A stretch of DNA of 60,238 nt, counting the filler, from Basidiobolus ranarum (taxonomy: Eukaryota): NCBI GenBank assembly GCA_040143965.1. It is 7 parts of 7 records of this genome, joined end to end, with 100 filler letters (N's around TTAATTAATTAA, not from the genome) between each part and the next. Parts side by side here need not be neighbours in the genome. Positions count along the whole stretch, not along the records: positions 8,641 to 17,176 come from JASJQH010007833.1; positions 17,277 to 25,807 come from JASJQH010007834.1; 5 more parts are not named here. One strand, 5' to 3'. The notes beneath the pieces were generated by a model, which made no database searches, was not told the DNA's origin, and saw nothing but the letters and a program-made list of their open reading frames with translations. Shown here in pieces: positions 12,913 to 24,932 of the stretch. Every line of letters begins with the position of its first letter. Position 1 is the stretch's first letter. Both the position numbers and the translations under genes were made by a program.

Positions 12913-15474
12913 TTACAATGTTTCGGGTCTGACTTTAGATTCTTCAGCTATGGATGTATTGATTTCTGGGACTTTGGGCAATGGCTTTCTACGCAAAGCT
13001 GGTGTGTGTTGTAATTGATAGGATGATTCGCGAGTGGGTGTGTTGTAAAGGTTGGATGAGTCAGTTGAAAATGAACTTTGTGTGCTTAGTCTGTTCGCAG
13101 TTCTTGGTGAAGGGGATTGCGAGAAAGTTGGATTTCGGGTTTTGGCAAAGACCGAAAGCCTTGGTGAGACACGTGAGGGTGAGTTAAAAGTGGGGTTAGA
13201 AATAACTGGCTTGGTTAGGCTGTTAGCTTCTTCACTATTATGACTAATCGATGATGGCGTTTCCTCATGGGGTAAAGGTGTAGATAGAGCTTCATCTACC
13301 TGAGAATCAGCATCTGTGCTCGATAAGTTGTCATCAGCGGTGCCAACGTTCCCTTCCTCATCGGAACACTGACTCGATGGATCTGGAACACAATCCACCA
13401 CTTTAAACCGAAACAGCGGGGTTGAATCTTCTTGATCGGTTGCTTCGGTGGTAGAAAGAGAGGTCTTGGAGGACTGTCTTGATAATACATTCAGATTGTT
13501 CTGGGTGTACTTCGATGCTGAGCCACGTGTCATGGTTATAAATCGAAAGGATGGGTGATTACCATCTATAGAAGAACTCTCATCTGATGGTGTATCTATA
13601 TCGGATAGCTGCTCAGGCTGTAAAGTTTCTTTCATTTGACGATGATCAGTTTTGTGATAAATGGAAGGGAGTTTCTCCGAGTTATTCTTAGGTGAGTTCT
13701 CGATACGCAGACTAAAATAATTATCTGCTCTTTTTCCACGGAGTGCCGATCTACGTCGTGGAGATTTCTTCATCACTGGTGTTGTGGACGAAACAGGTGG
13801 CGATTGCGAGGCATGCTCGGTTATTTCTTGATATTTATCGACTTGAACTTGTCGTAACTCTACACCTAAAGCGAGAGTAATGTACTACATCAAACATACA
13901 TCAGTCTCCATACCCATACTTATCACTAGTCAGTTGCATACCTCAATGCCGGCTGCCATATCTTCCTCTAGCTGCAAAGATCGCTTTCTCCGTTCAATTG
14001 CCGCCATTTTTTTCTGTAGAATAATCGACATGGAAGTTCAGATCATGATAGTTAATCCATATTTACGTGTGAAATTTACCTTGATAAACGCGTGATCATC
14101 GGCCCATTCCTGAGTTTCTACAAGGGAACCAGCCTCAGAGGTTATGGTCGCTAAATGGTGTTAAAGAAGACTCGAGTTCAAAATAGAAATCATTGAAAAG
14201 TATACCTGGAGCTATTCCCGATTCTTGTAATTGAGCACGAAATGCTTCATTAGTTGCCATTAGTTTCTTAATGACCTCACCATATTGTTTACATTTTTTT
14301 CTGTGAATTCCTTTGATCCCATCCAAATTCTTTTGATGGTTCTCATTTAAATTCCGAATTCCCTCTTTAAAGGAAAGTTAACAGACAAACAATGGGAATT
14401 CCTTCAAGATAAGGATAAATCATATACCTTGATGCTCCATCTCTTGACTGTGTAATCGATTTTCCGCGTGAATCCATTTCTTCTTCCACTGTTTACTTTC
14501 CAGAACCAGGTCACGTTTTTGTTTCTATAAAGGAGATAAGTGATGGGACTAGATATCGACAATAACATGATGTTACCTCTAACAGTGCAATTTGATCCAT
14601 ATAACTCTCGATCCTTTGATTGTTCTGAACATAATATTGCTCCATTTCTCGAGCAATCTCCTCCACAGTGTTATCACTAGTGAGTCTATGAGATTGGATT
14701 AGCATTCAACAACGATTGAGACTTCCGATTCAATGAAAAATCACCTTCTTTTAGAATGAGAGGGAAGTTTGGTGAAAGATGGATATGAACTGATGGTTGG
14801 ACTCTTTAGTGGACTATGAGGGGAAGGAGTTGGGGACCGGTGGATATCATCCACTGAAAAAGGTTGAAGAGGTGAACCACGCCTACGTTAAATCAATGTA
14901 AGAAAATGGTACTGATAAGGAGATATAGGTGGATTAGCTTACCAAGTGTCATTCAAGGGACTTCCATCAGTCGGATCAAACAGCGAGTTGAATTTATCCT
15001 TACTACTCTTACGCATATGTCTATACAAAACATAAGAAGGCCATGTTAGCTTTGAATCATACAGAAAGAACCCAATCAACTATCTAACCCTTTAATCGAA
15101 TGTAGAAAAGAACGTTTGTCTTCATGCTTCGTCTTTTCATTGAGGGTATTTAACTTGTTGAAAATCGAGTGTATATTGGCGCTTGGCTGGCGTACCATGG
15201 AGGAGTATTGTTGTGAAGGAGTTAGGAAGGTGGATTTACCAGCAGTTGGAGAGTTTAAAAAAGTATTGGATTGAGAAAATGAGGGGGTGGTTGGTTTTGT
15301 TCGATACAGTTCGGCTTCTATAGACTCGGATTCCTCTACTTCTTCTGGAACGTTAGGATCTTCTTCCGATTCAAATAACGAAGAAGACGATGACAGTTTT
15401 TTTCGTATTCTGCTTGGAGATTCATATATACTCGTTGAAGGAGGAACACTGTGTAAAGAACTGCTACCTGACAT
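12913..15474 (-). CDS. Uncharacterised Ser-rich disordered protein with central coiled coil, about 9 exons
   Basis: Long terminal exons (132 and 287 aa ORFs) are linked by short GT-AG-flanked exons encoding heptad-like segments such as EEIAREMEQYYVQNNQRIESYMDQIALLE and KKMAAIERRKRSLQLEEDMAAGIE. No recognised family. Confidence 0.7.
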
Positions 15475-16811
15475 TGTACTATATCAAGTTTCAAAAGTAC
15501 ACTCGGAAAGAAAATTCAAGTTGAAAAAATTAACACAAAAATAATAGTAAGAAGCGTTTGAAAAATCGTATGGTATGGGAAACCCGGAGGATAACACGAA
15601 ACGTCGCCAAAGAAATGCTAAGAGACTATGCTTTGCAGAAACAAACTATTAGTCTAAATCTCGATACTGTTCTCTTCAATTCTCTCAGATTACCTGAGCA
15701 CTTCCAAACTGACCAATGATAGTGATGCTCCAGGATTTAACAGGCTAAATATAGAGTTTAGAATGACTTACTAATTGGGTAAGTAGAATACCGTTTTGAT
15801 CTGATCCTATATTGGCCGCACACGCAACATGCTTCAAGAATAGTTGATTGAGACGACACAGGATCGATAACAGTCATGATTGGTGTATCATTGTTTCAAC
15901 TTTAGTTTCCATATTTTTCGACGAAGCTGACTCCATACCGGTCAATTTTTTCTTGTTACCTGTCTGGTAATTGGGCTGAGTCAAGCGGGTTCAAGCTGAT
16001 ATATGGAGGGCATGTTAATTCATATCCTTATTTTAGTAATCAGCTTACATCAACTGATATACCCATTTAAGGAGAATTTTTTTCATCTACTTTTAATTCA
16101 GCTCGCATTCAAATTTTCAACTTCATATCTTAAGAACACTGCTATACTTGTTGTATATTAGTGACTGAAGTTATAGATAGAGTGATTAGTCTTTAAATAG
16201 GCGGTATGTGGTTACAGTTCGCAAAAGCCCATCAATTGTGAGTTTAGTAGATTTGTGCTACATAATCGATTGATGAATCGAACTGAATCATTCACTTACG
16301 CAATTAATCTACTAGTTATTTCAATGGCGAATCTTGTGAGCTTCTGTTCAATGCCATTGAATGCAGAGAAACCAGTATAGGGCCTCATGCATAGATTAAA
16401 ATTTACCAGTTAATATACAGTTATTCATTGCTTCTCCACATAATTCGTTAGTACCATTTGATGACAAAATACCCGAGGTTACTTGCAAATCTTATAATAT
16501 TAGCCGGATCTGCAATGGTTCATTACTGGTATCAGCAGCTCTTGTCTAATGGAAGATAGGCACTACTTATTTATCTATTTACCTGAAGTTGTACCTAACT
16601 AGATGTAAATAATCCATTTTTTACTCTAGCTTAATATACTTATTAATAATAGATCTTGCCAGCCTGCTAAACATATTAAAATCTATAAATCTGCATATCT
16701 ATCCATAGGAAGGTAACATGACAAAACCCAGGTGGAGATTTAGAATATCACAATAGTAGTAGGACTATTTTCAAATTTCAAAGAAAATAAGGATAAACTG
16801 AGGCATAAACA

Positions 16812-17060
16812 TGTTGCAATTTCCTTGTCTAAGCATATATGTAGCCTAACATTTAGTTACTCTATATTTCACTAAGATATCACACACTATTGTCACTTGA
16901 ACTATATTCAGAATATCTGTACCAACTTAAAAATTCTTAGATATATACATTTTTCAAACATGTGCTAAAAGCCCCAGACTTTACACACATATTCCTGAGA
17001 CCTTTCTTAACACAATCTACATACTGTTTGCTTACATCTGGACAAGCTGCACCTATCAGC
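16812..17060 (+). repeat. Degenerate LTR family copy C
   Basis: Starts TGTTGCAATT and contains CACTAAGATAT and AAAGCCCCAGACTTTACACACAT blocks shared with other copies. Interrupted at 17061 by a better-conserved copy. Confidence 0.75.
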
Positions 17061-17176
17061 TGTTAAAATTAGCATTGCCTAAACACCTATATAGTCATAT
17101 ATAGCTTAGTACTTAGTTATCTTATAATTCACTAAGATATTATCAATTATCCTCAATTGGAATTTACTTAGAATAT
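17061..17176 (+). repeat. LTR family copy nested in copy C (truncated by contig end)
   Basis: TGTTAAAATTAGCATTGCCTAAACACCTATATAGTCATATATAGCTTAG is nearly the reverse complement of the 32904 end. Confidence 0.85.
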
Positions 17177-17276
17177 NNNNNNNNNNNNNNNNNNNNNNNN
17201 NNNNNNNNNNNNNNNNNNNNTTAATTAATTAANNNNNNNNNNNNNNNNNNNNNNNNNNNNNNNNNNNNNNNNNNNN
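17177..17276. other. Artificial contig linker
   Basis: N44-TTAATTAATTAA-N44. Confidence 0.99.
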
Positions 17277-19222
17277 AGCTCATGGATACCGACGGAAGGT
17301 AACTCTGGAAGCTGGGGTATAGGAATATGTGGTACAGAGAAGGTGGGGATTTGGATTGTCGGTAGGTTGAGTTTGGGCAAAGATAACTCGGGCCAATGGA
17401 AAGAAGAAAGTGAAAACACCGACCAATTAATTCTAGGAATTGACTGGTCATGATCCCTATCCTCATCTGAAGGCAAATCGCCGTCAGATTTATCGTTAGC
17501 AACGTCAGAATGAGGTATTTCAGGAACAACTATTTCATCGATTTCCTCTTTCTCTTCAATGATTTTCTCGGGAACCTCTTCAGACTGATTCTCTTTGCTT
17601 GGTTTCAGAGTTACTTCAGTAGGCTTAGGAATCTTTGCTTTGACTCGATCCATAACTTCGTGACCCTTTTGCCAGGTATCCTGAGCTTTGCTAACAATAC
17701 GATCGCGTGTGTCGTAAGCCTTACTTAATATCTCTTCACGTGTATCCTTAACTTTGTTGATCAACCCGTTCTTAGCTTCATTTGCTCGGTTGGCAACCTT
17801 GTACTGAACATCTTGTGCGTGATTGTAAATGTTTTCTTTAGCCACGTCAAATTTGTTCTTTGCATGGTGAGCCCGATTAAATAGCTCTTCTTTGGCTACA
17901 TGGACTCGGCTAGCGAGTTGGTCCCTTGCATCGTACGCCTTGTGAACGAAAACATCTCGAGTATCATACGCTTTGTTGACGAAAATATCTCGGGTATCAT
18001 ACGCCTTGTGAACGATGGTATCACGAGTATTACCCACCTGTTGGTAAATCTCACCTCGCTTTTGATCCCCCATACCAGTCCATATAAGCCCTAAAAGAAG
18101 CATCAAGTAGAATAAAGGTGCAAATGATCCAAGTTTTCGGTGAAGAATTCTAGCACCACGAGTGACAGCTCCAATGCCTATGGACAATCCAGACAATAGT
18201 AACCGAAGTGGATAGCTCCAATCGAACGAAGTGACGGCATTCTTGACTACTGCAAAAGCTAGGCAAAGTATATTTTGAATCCATGAGCATAGTTTCAAAA
18301 CAATCTCCCAAAGTTGGGAGAGAAAGAGGGAGATATTATTCATAAATCCTGGTCCCTGTTCCAAATGCATGTAATCCATGTAATGTTTACTATCATGCTC
18401 AGAGAGCTCTTCATCAGTATTAGGTACAACAGGAATATTCTTCTTGGACTTGGGTGCAGGCCTGTATTGAGCAAAATTGACCACCCCGGGTTGCCAGTGT
18501 TTAGAGTCGACTTCATTACTACTCTCTTCAGATGAATCCGTTCCGAGCTCCACTTCATCATCGGAATTTCGAGCTAAATTAATACCAGCATTATCCCCTG
18601 ACTCCAGGTGATATCTACCAGCCATCATGTATAGCGTATTAGGAGTTTCATCGGCACTCTCATCATCAACCACTTTTCTGTTCTTAATTGGACTGTTCTG
18701 ATAGAGTAACTTGGTTGGCCGAGCAGACGAAAACGAACCACGAATCCATTGAGGAGTGTTCGTTACAATAGAGTTGACCAGACGCTGACCTATTCCAGGA
18801 GTTTTTAGAGGAGTATTTTGAACTCTAGGGCCTGGGGGCAATAGTGAGTTTGAGGTAGAGGCAGAACTAGAAACTGAAGTAAAAGATGACTCTAAGGTAT
18901 CATCTTCACTACTACTCCCATCAATCATAGGCTTGTACTTAAGTCTGTTGACTTGAGTTTGACGCGAAATAAAAGCTTCTCGAGAATATTTTTTACTTGT
19001 GATTGTGGTTTTTGTTTTGGTAGTAGTAGTAGCCTGTGTAGTATATCCAGGAAAGCGTGCCCGTAAAGAATCATTTGAGTTTTGAAGTTTGAATGCAGTG
19101 GAGATATTTACTTCATTTTTTTCGGCATTCTCACGTAATGTACGAGACATGGAGCGAGTAGTGCGGCTAGATTGACCTTCTTCAAAAGAAGGTTCCGATC
19201 TATCAAATCTAGATGTGTTCAT
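17277..19222 (-). CDS. Uncharacterised membrane protein with 11-residue amphipathic repeats (3'-truncated)
   Basis: Open frame of about 648 aa with a Ser/Thr-rich disordered N-terminus, 2-3 hydrophobic segments (e.g. FAPLFYLMLLLGLIWTG), KAYDTRDIFVN-type 11-mers and a Pro-rich tail; runs into the gap. Confidence 0.8.
17928..18026 (-). repeat. 33-bp coding tandem repeat x3
   Basis: Units at 17928, 17961 and 17994 encode RDTIVHKAYDT / RDIFVNKAYDT / RDVFVHKAYDA. Confidence 0.9.
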
Positions 19223-19345
19223 TCAATAAAGAATTGGGACCGGAATTGGAATAGTATATTGGTTCGACCGTTTCGAAAGCAATCTGCACCAGCGATAAAT
19301 AAAGATCAAGAAATATAAAGATTAGGGGAATATAACATAGAAAAG

Positions 19346-19862
19346 ACGCGGAAAAATACAATAATACCCTTTGCTTTGATATGGATACTTGGTTCGGGCG
19401 AGCGATAACCACCTCCGTGTCTTTCAAATATTTGAGAAAATAATCAACTTCGTATAGGAAAAGAACGCTCCTAGTGGAAAACGAGAAGGATAAATAATGA
19501 AACAGGAAGGCAATGAAAGTAAAAAAAATTAGATGTTGAATTAGCCAAAGATGGAACCTGAAGGGGGAGAATGAAAGTTGAATAATTGAATCAGGAAAAA
19601 AAAGTAGGAATAAAATATGACGCGAGTAAATAGCATGAACTGATCTAGACGCGAATGTCGATACGTATTCACATTATGATTCGGAGGGCCTTTTTGATGC
19701 TGACTACCCCAATACTAAGTGATTCGGCTCGGGTTTATTTATATGGTAACACGAAGATTGACCACGAAATGAATCAACCTCGCGATATGCGACTGCGCGA
19801 ATTCGTTGATTTACTAATTGAATGCGGGCATAATATTCATGGCCGTGATGACTGTCGCGTTT
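19346..19862 (-). promoter_or_regulatory. Cluster of MCB/SCB-like (CGCG, CACGAAA) motifs upstream of the membrane-protein gene
   Basis: CGCG at 19347, 19621, 19650, 19781, 19796 and 19856 (three in an ACGCGA context); CACGAAA at 19763. Confidence 0.4.
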
Positions 19863-20188
19863 CTATTAACTTTGTCCAAATAAGCCAAACTGTCAGTAAA
19901 CCAAATCTCAAGGTAGCGTCATCAAATGCATGGCGAACACGATCAATATACTAACTTCCAAGATCAACTAAATCCTTCGACCAATCTCATATTGATTCAC
20001 AAACATATCTAGGTGACGATAACTAGATGAAGTGTGACGAGGTAGGTTACAAGGTGAGTTTGAGGCTTCTATAAATGTTACAAAACCTTCTATTGGCTCA
20101 AGTTGTTTTATGAATGTTTATTAATGATACATATTTAGATACAGTGTGGATTAAATACCCTACTTCGTTATGGACAGCAAGTAGTGAT

Positions 20189-20704
20189 TTAATTTCGATT
20201 CAAAAGATTTTGATCCCACAAGTAAAGACCCAAGGAGTCTCCACCGACACGGTTGAGCTGGGTCAACATGTCGGATATCTTCTTAATGGCCTCGACTTGC
20301 TCAGTAAGGAAGTGGCCTTCAAGGAAATCGCATAATTGAGGATCTCCTTGTTCAGTTGAGATATTATGGACATTGAGTAGAGACTTATTAACATCCTTTT
20401 CCAGTTGCAAAGTGGCCTCTACAGCATATTTAGCTGATTGCCATTCAATACTAGGTACAGGAATGGGTTGGAAGGTGACGCGCCCCCCACGCTGATTAAC
20501 ATAGTCAATTAACATCTGAGCATGTTCACGCTCTTCTTGTGCACTCTCCCGGAAGAATTTTGCTAGGCCTGGAAGAGCCACACTATCACGATCAAAATAG
20601 GCAGCAAGTGAAGTGTAAGTATATGAAGCGGTCAACTCCATGTTAATTTGGTTGTTGAGACCTTCTTCTGAGGCAATAGCGAAATTCTGTTTGGCAAGAG
20701 ACAT
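20189..20704 (-). CDS. Ferritin (H-chain-like, ferroxidase centre intact), intronless
   Basis: QNF...QINMELTASYTY, YFDRDSVALPGLAKFF, EEREHA, NQRGGRV, LQLEKDVNKSLL, DPQLCDFLEGHFLTEQVEAIKKI. TATAAATA lies about 60 nt upstream (20763-20770). Confidence 0.97.
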   Translation of the reverse strand: MSLAKQNFAIASEEGLNNQINMELTASYTYTSLAAYFDRDSVALPGLAKFFRESAQEEREHAQMLIDYVNQRGGRVTFQPIPVPSIEWQSAKYAVEATLQLEKDVNKSLLNVHNISTEQGDPQLCDFLEGHFLTEQVEAIKKISDMLTQLNRVGGDSLGLYLWDQNLLNRN

Positions 20705-23700
20705 GTCAAAAGTTTCACAGCAAGAAATGAAAATTACTAGTTACCTGGCAACTTTTCTGATATATTTATACTTCCAGACACTCTTGTTGAACATTTGTTC
20801 GTCACCACTGGGGGTGTTGTAGGTTGGGGCAAGTTGAAATTAGGCAACTCCTCTGATAGTTTATTTAGTTAGGATTTGGCGATATCCATTAATGGAATTT
20901 CCTTTTGCTAGTCAAAGCAGAGGTGATGTATTATATTACCAAATCCATGTAGAACTTTGTAGCAACGCCACATTAACCATGTCTCCACTCTACTAACGTG
21001 ATCTTTTAAGAGTCAATTTGCGAAAACGCTTTGCCGATATATTCCCACCTGCGTTTCAACGATAATCGTGCGTGCTCTATGGTTTCGTGCGAGCTTCGTG
21101 AAAGTACTCTTAATATAGAAAGACCGAGATGTTGTGCTGGATGAAATTCAATATTCATTATATGTAAAATGGTACTATTCACCAAAGATACACTTGTAGA
21201 AAACAGGAGTATAGATCTGAAGATTCACTATAGTAGATAGATGACTTAAGCATGACTTTTGTAGAGATCTCTGATCATAAAGAAGACTTAACCCTAGGCC
21301 ATTCGAGACACAGAAGTGGGATGTACTAGCCTTTTACAAGATGAAGAACATAGTTAAAACTAGAGAAAGGGTTAGCATGGCAATGTGTAATCTTGTTACA
21401 CCTGATAATATTGCCCAGACCATTCTTGTAAAGCTTCAAATAGCTCTGGAAAACTCTTCGGAATCTGAAATCTAGACCAAATTCAGTTATAACTTTAGAT
21501 AATTGACTGTGTAGCGACTGTCTAGTCTAGATGATATCTCCAGATGCGAATATTTGCTGAGATATACTGAAGAGATTTGCATTCCGTTTTCTGTAGGGTT
21601 TCTTGATATACTATCAATTGATATGTTGGATTTCCGAAAATACTAGTTGTTGATAGATAAGCGGTGAATTTTAATGCAGAAGAAATTTGTCAAATGAGGT
21701 GAATGGCATGTCCTGTAGTCTTCTGCAGGATGGTTATGAAGTCTAAGTTCCCTCCAATGAATACTCGATGTTACATTTTGTGAGATCAAAGTAGCACTGA
21801 TTTCATGGTACACATGGTGACAACTGCACTGATAGTCTCATCTGTTTGCTAAATCAACGCAACGCATTACGGATCATTTCAGATGATTCATAACCATTTA
21901 CCATAAACTAGCACTCTGCGTGATTAGGGAACTAACTTGTATCTTCCCTGTCCCCATCCGAAGAAGTCTGTATTGAAGGCCATTCTCCAACTCAATTTGC
22001 TGAGTGCGGCTACCTCTTTGCACATCCAGCGATGGCTGGGCAAGAGGTAAACGGACTACCTTGCTAGCTTGTCGCCAGTGACCCGGGTGAGTACTAAGGA
22101 TAATGTTCCTAATGGAGGTAAATAGCTGCACGACGTGGGTGTTCAATTTATTTGGAATTTAGATGCAATACTTGAGATATGCTCCACTAAGGGCAAATGG
22201 TGATTGGTTACCTCGTGAATGTATGGATTTAATTTAACAGAGGTGATCAGAGATACACCAATCTCCTGTTGAGCATGCTTTTCGTTCCAGGCAGAGCAGA
22301 GCTGTAGCACACATTGGTCGATGTGTTTGACCGAGGGTTTGCCAACCAAGGCTTAGGAAGTGTTCTTTGAGATGAATACCAGTGTACCTTCACTTTAGAA
22401 GAGTCGTATATGAAACCCTACCAATCTGAAAGGAACGTATGGTTCACGATTGGTGCCTCTCAGGACATATGGATATGATGGGAGTAGTCAATCCACAAAT
22501 ATCGCATTTCGGAGGATTGTTGCCCAAGTAACCAACTTACCGATCAATCAAAGACCGAGGAACGTCCAATTCCAATAATTATCTGATTGGAAGGTTAAAG
22601 CTAGTGCCAATGCCAGGCGAGTGGTGCAGCCATTCTGTATACACGCTTGTTTACATACCCTCACAATGAGGTTGGACTTCACAAGGATAATTCCCCTTGT
22701 TCGTCCGATAGGAGGTTGGCTTCAATGATTATGATTAGCTTCATCAGCAATATACCTGATGCACTGGTGCGATGGTTTCCATGGCAGTCCGGAAAATGGC
22801 TTAAAAGAGAATTGGATAGTGAAACAGATAATTTAAATGTTAATATTGATCTGGAATTCGATTTGACTGCCTCTTGGATGAGGACTGTCGTTGGTGGGAA
22901 AGTTACACCTCTATGTCTATTTCAGAGGCTATTTGAAACGCTGCTAGTGCAGAGTGATTCGCATATCTTTCAACCAATGCCCGCGAAGACAGGTAGAATC
23001 CCACCATATAGGTATTGGGCACTGTTTAATTATTTGCATCTAAAATTAACATCGAAGAGTTTAATGATTCTGATCCTCGTTGCTGCTGTTAGATTGCTCA
23101 TGATCCAATTAGCCCTTTGTTAGCAAAGCAGAGAGTTCCCGATGCGATGCGAAGGGATACAGGATATTTTGTGAAGGACGCATGGGTGGATGAAACAAAA
23201 GGGCGCGAGGCCTATATTTGAGCATTACCATCTCAGTATAAAATGGCCCAGGTCGCTTCCAAACAACACCTCACGCCCTTGTGGTGTTAAACATTTCACT
23301 TCCTTTAAAGTCAGAACCCCCTTTTAAGACTGTCCTCCGTCCAGTTTCTTCATTAAGAAACTCATCAAAACCCAGTCGTTGCTTGGTACTAGTCCCCCCA
23401 ATCGTTCGGGGTTGATTTCGATCCGTATAAACAATCTTGTCTCTTGAAAGTCACACCTGTTTGAAATATTACAATTTGGTTTCCTTGTGCATCTTTCCAT
23501 ACCTTTTGGTCAATACACAAGAATTTGATTTACCCTAAACCTTCTTTGGATCGAGCGGTCTAGATTCGAGCTGCCATCTTTTGCTCATTGTGTGAAAGAG
23601 CACTAGTGCATTCCATCGCCCACCAATCAGCCAACACTACTCATCATCCACATTTTTTTTGGATACTCTAGACTGGAAAGGCTTACATTGTCTCATTCAA

Positions 23701-24065
23701 CCTCCCTTTTGAGAAGAGTGAAGCCGTGCTGCCAACTCATCGACTAACATCCGTTCATAGGATATTCCAGTTAGTATAGGAGTCATTTGATCTGTCAGAT
23801 TCTTGTTGATTCAATTTGTCTCTATTTGACCTCAAGATATAATCGGCGGTCACACCACCTCACCTATTGTAGTCCATCAAGTCGTTGTCTCCTGCGTTCA
23901 TTAGGGCTGTGTTGGAGAAATCTCGTGATATTTCTTTGTGCAAGTGTTATAAATATCAGCCGAGGGTTTCCCCTTTTTGCCGATTTGCACTCGAGAAAAG
24001 CGTAGCCATCAGAAAGAACATAACTACTATTCCCAAACACACTCGTATATACACTGTTAGCAAAT

Positions 24066-24932
24066 ATGCCAGTCGAATCCATCCTCAGCGAAACATACCC
24101 ACGGTTTGATTATGACTATCAGTCTAGTCTTATCTCGCCTGCTTGCTCCGCTTGGAAGAGTCCGATACTCTTCTCTACATGGCACAGGCCTAGCGTTGAT
24201 TGGAGTGGATACGATCGAATGATTGAGAAGTTGGGGGTGACAACCGAAGAAATCGAAGCAACCATAGACTTCTCCGGGTTTGTAGCTGATATGGTTGGCA
24301 ACCTGTGGAGTATGCGGGACATATCTCACACATACGCCACCCAAGATTCTACAAGTATACGTACTCGTCGTCGGAGAGCCGAGATGGTTGAATTTATCCA
24401 AAGATTGTTAATTTTTACTGATATCCCTTCTACAGTGGTTCTGGTTGGAATGAACTACTTGTATCGCCTAAGAAATTCCAGTATCTTTGCTGAAAACCCT
24501 GCCTTTGGGTCAGAGTATCGCGTATTAGTAGTAGCACTACTAGCTGCTAGTAAATATGTTGAAGATCAGTCATACAACAACCAGAGTTGGTCCGAAGTGT
24601 CTGGATTCGATATTGACGAGCTGAACTCAATGGAGCGCGAGTTTCTGGAGGAACTCGATTGGAAGCTATGGATCTCTCCAGAAGAATACGAAGAATGGTT
24701 AGGAGGAATCGACCACTGGCTAGCTAAAGAAGAATGGGAGAATGAATCGAACATCAGTACAGAGCTTGAACTCGAAACTGAGACTGAAAGCGAGCTGGAG
24801 TCTGAGTGCGATGAATGGCCAGTGTTACTTGACTTGGATCCTCTAGAGGCAGAGTGTGGAAAGCTTTCGCAGTTAACACTCGATCAGGAGTTAAGGTTGA
24901 ACAGCATTGATAGCAGATTGACCTGGACCTAG
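24066..24932 (+). CDS. PHO85-type cyclin (Clg1/Pcl-like), intronless CDS
   Basis: Cyclin box FIQRLL...STVVLVGMNYLYRL...GSEYRVLVVALLAASKYVEDQSYNNQSWSEVSGFDIDELNSMEREFLEELDWKL followed by an acidic tail. Confidence 0.9.
   Translation: MPVESILSETYPRFDYDYQSSLISPACSAWKSPILFSTWHRPSVDWSGYDRMIEKLGVTTEEIEATIDFSGFVADMVGNLWSMRDISHTYATQDSTSIRTRRRRAEMVEFIQRLLIFTDIPSTVVLVGMNYLYRLRNSSIFAENPAFGSEYRVLVVALLAASKYVEDQSYNNQSWSEVSGFDIDELNSMEREFLEELDWKLWISPEEYEEWLGGIDHWLAKEEWENESNISTELELETETESELESECDEWPVLLDLDPLEAECGKLSQLTLDQELRLNSIDSRLTWT

Noticed and set aside
20800-20820. CAGTGG in a small hairpin upstream of ferritin (IRE candidate)
   Set aside because: It lies upstream of the TATA box and lacks the 5-bp upper stem and bulged C of an IRE.
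21400-23123. Short ORFs between ferritin and the cyclin, including the 158-aa ORF at 22647
   Set aside because: Non-ATG starts, no recognisable motifs and no consistent splice structure.
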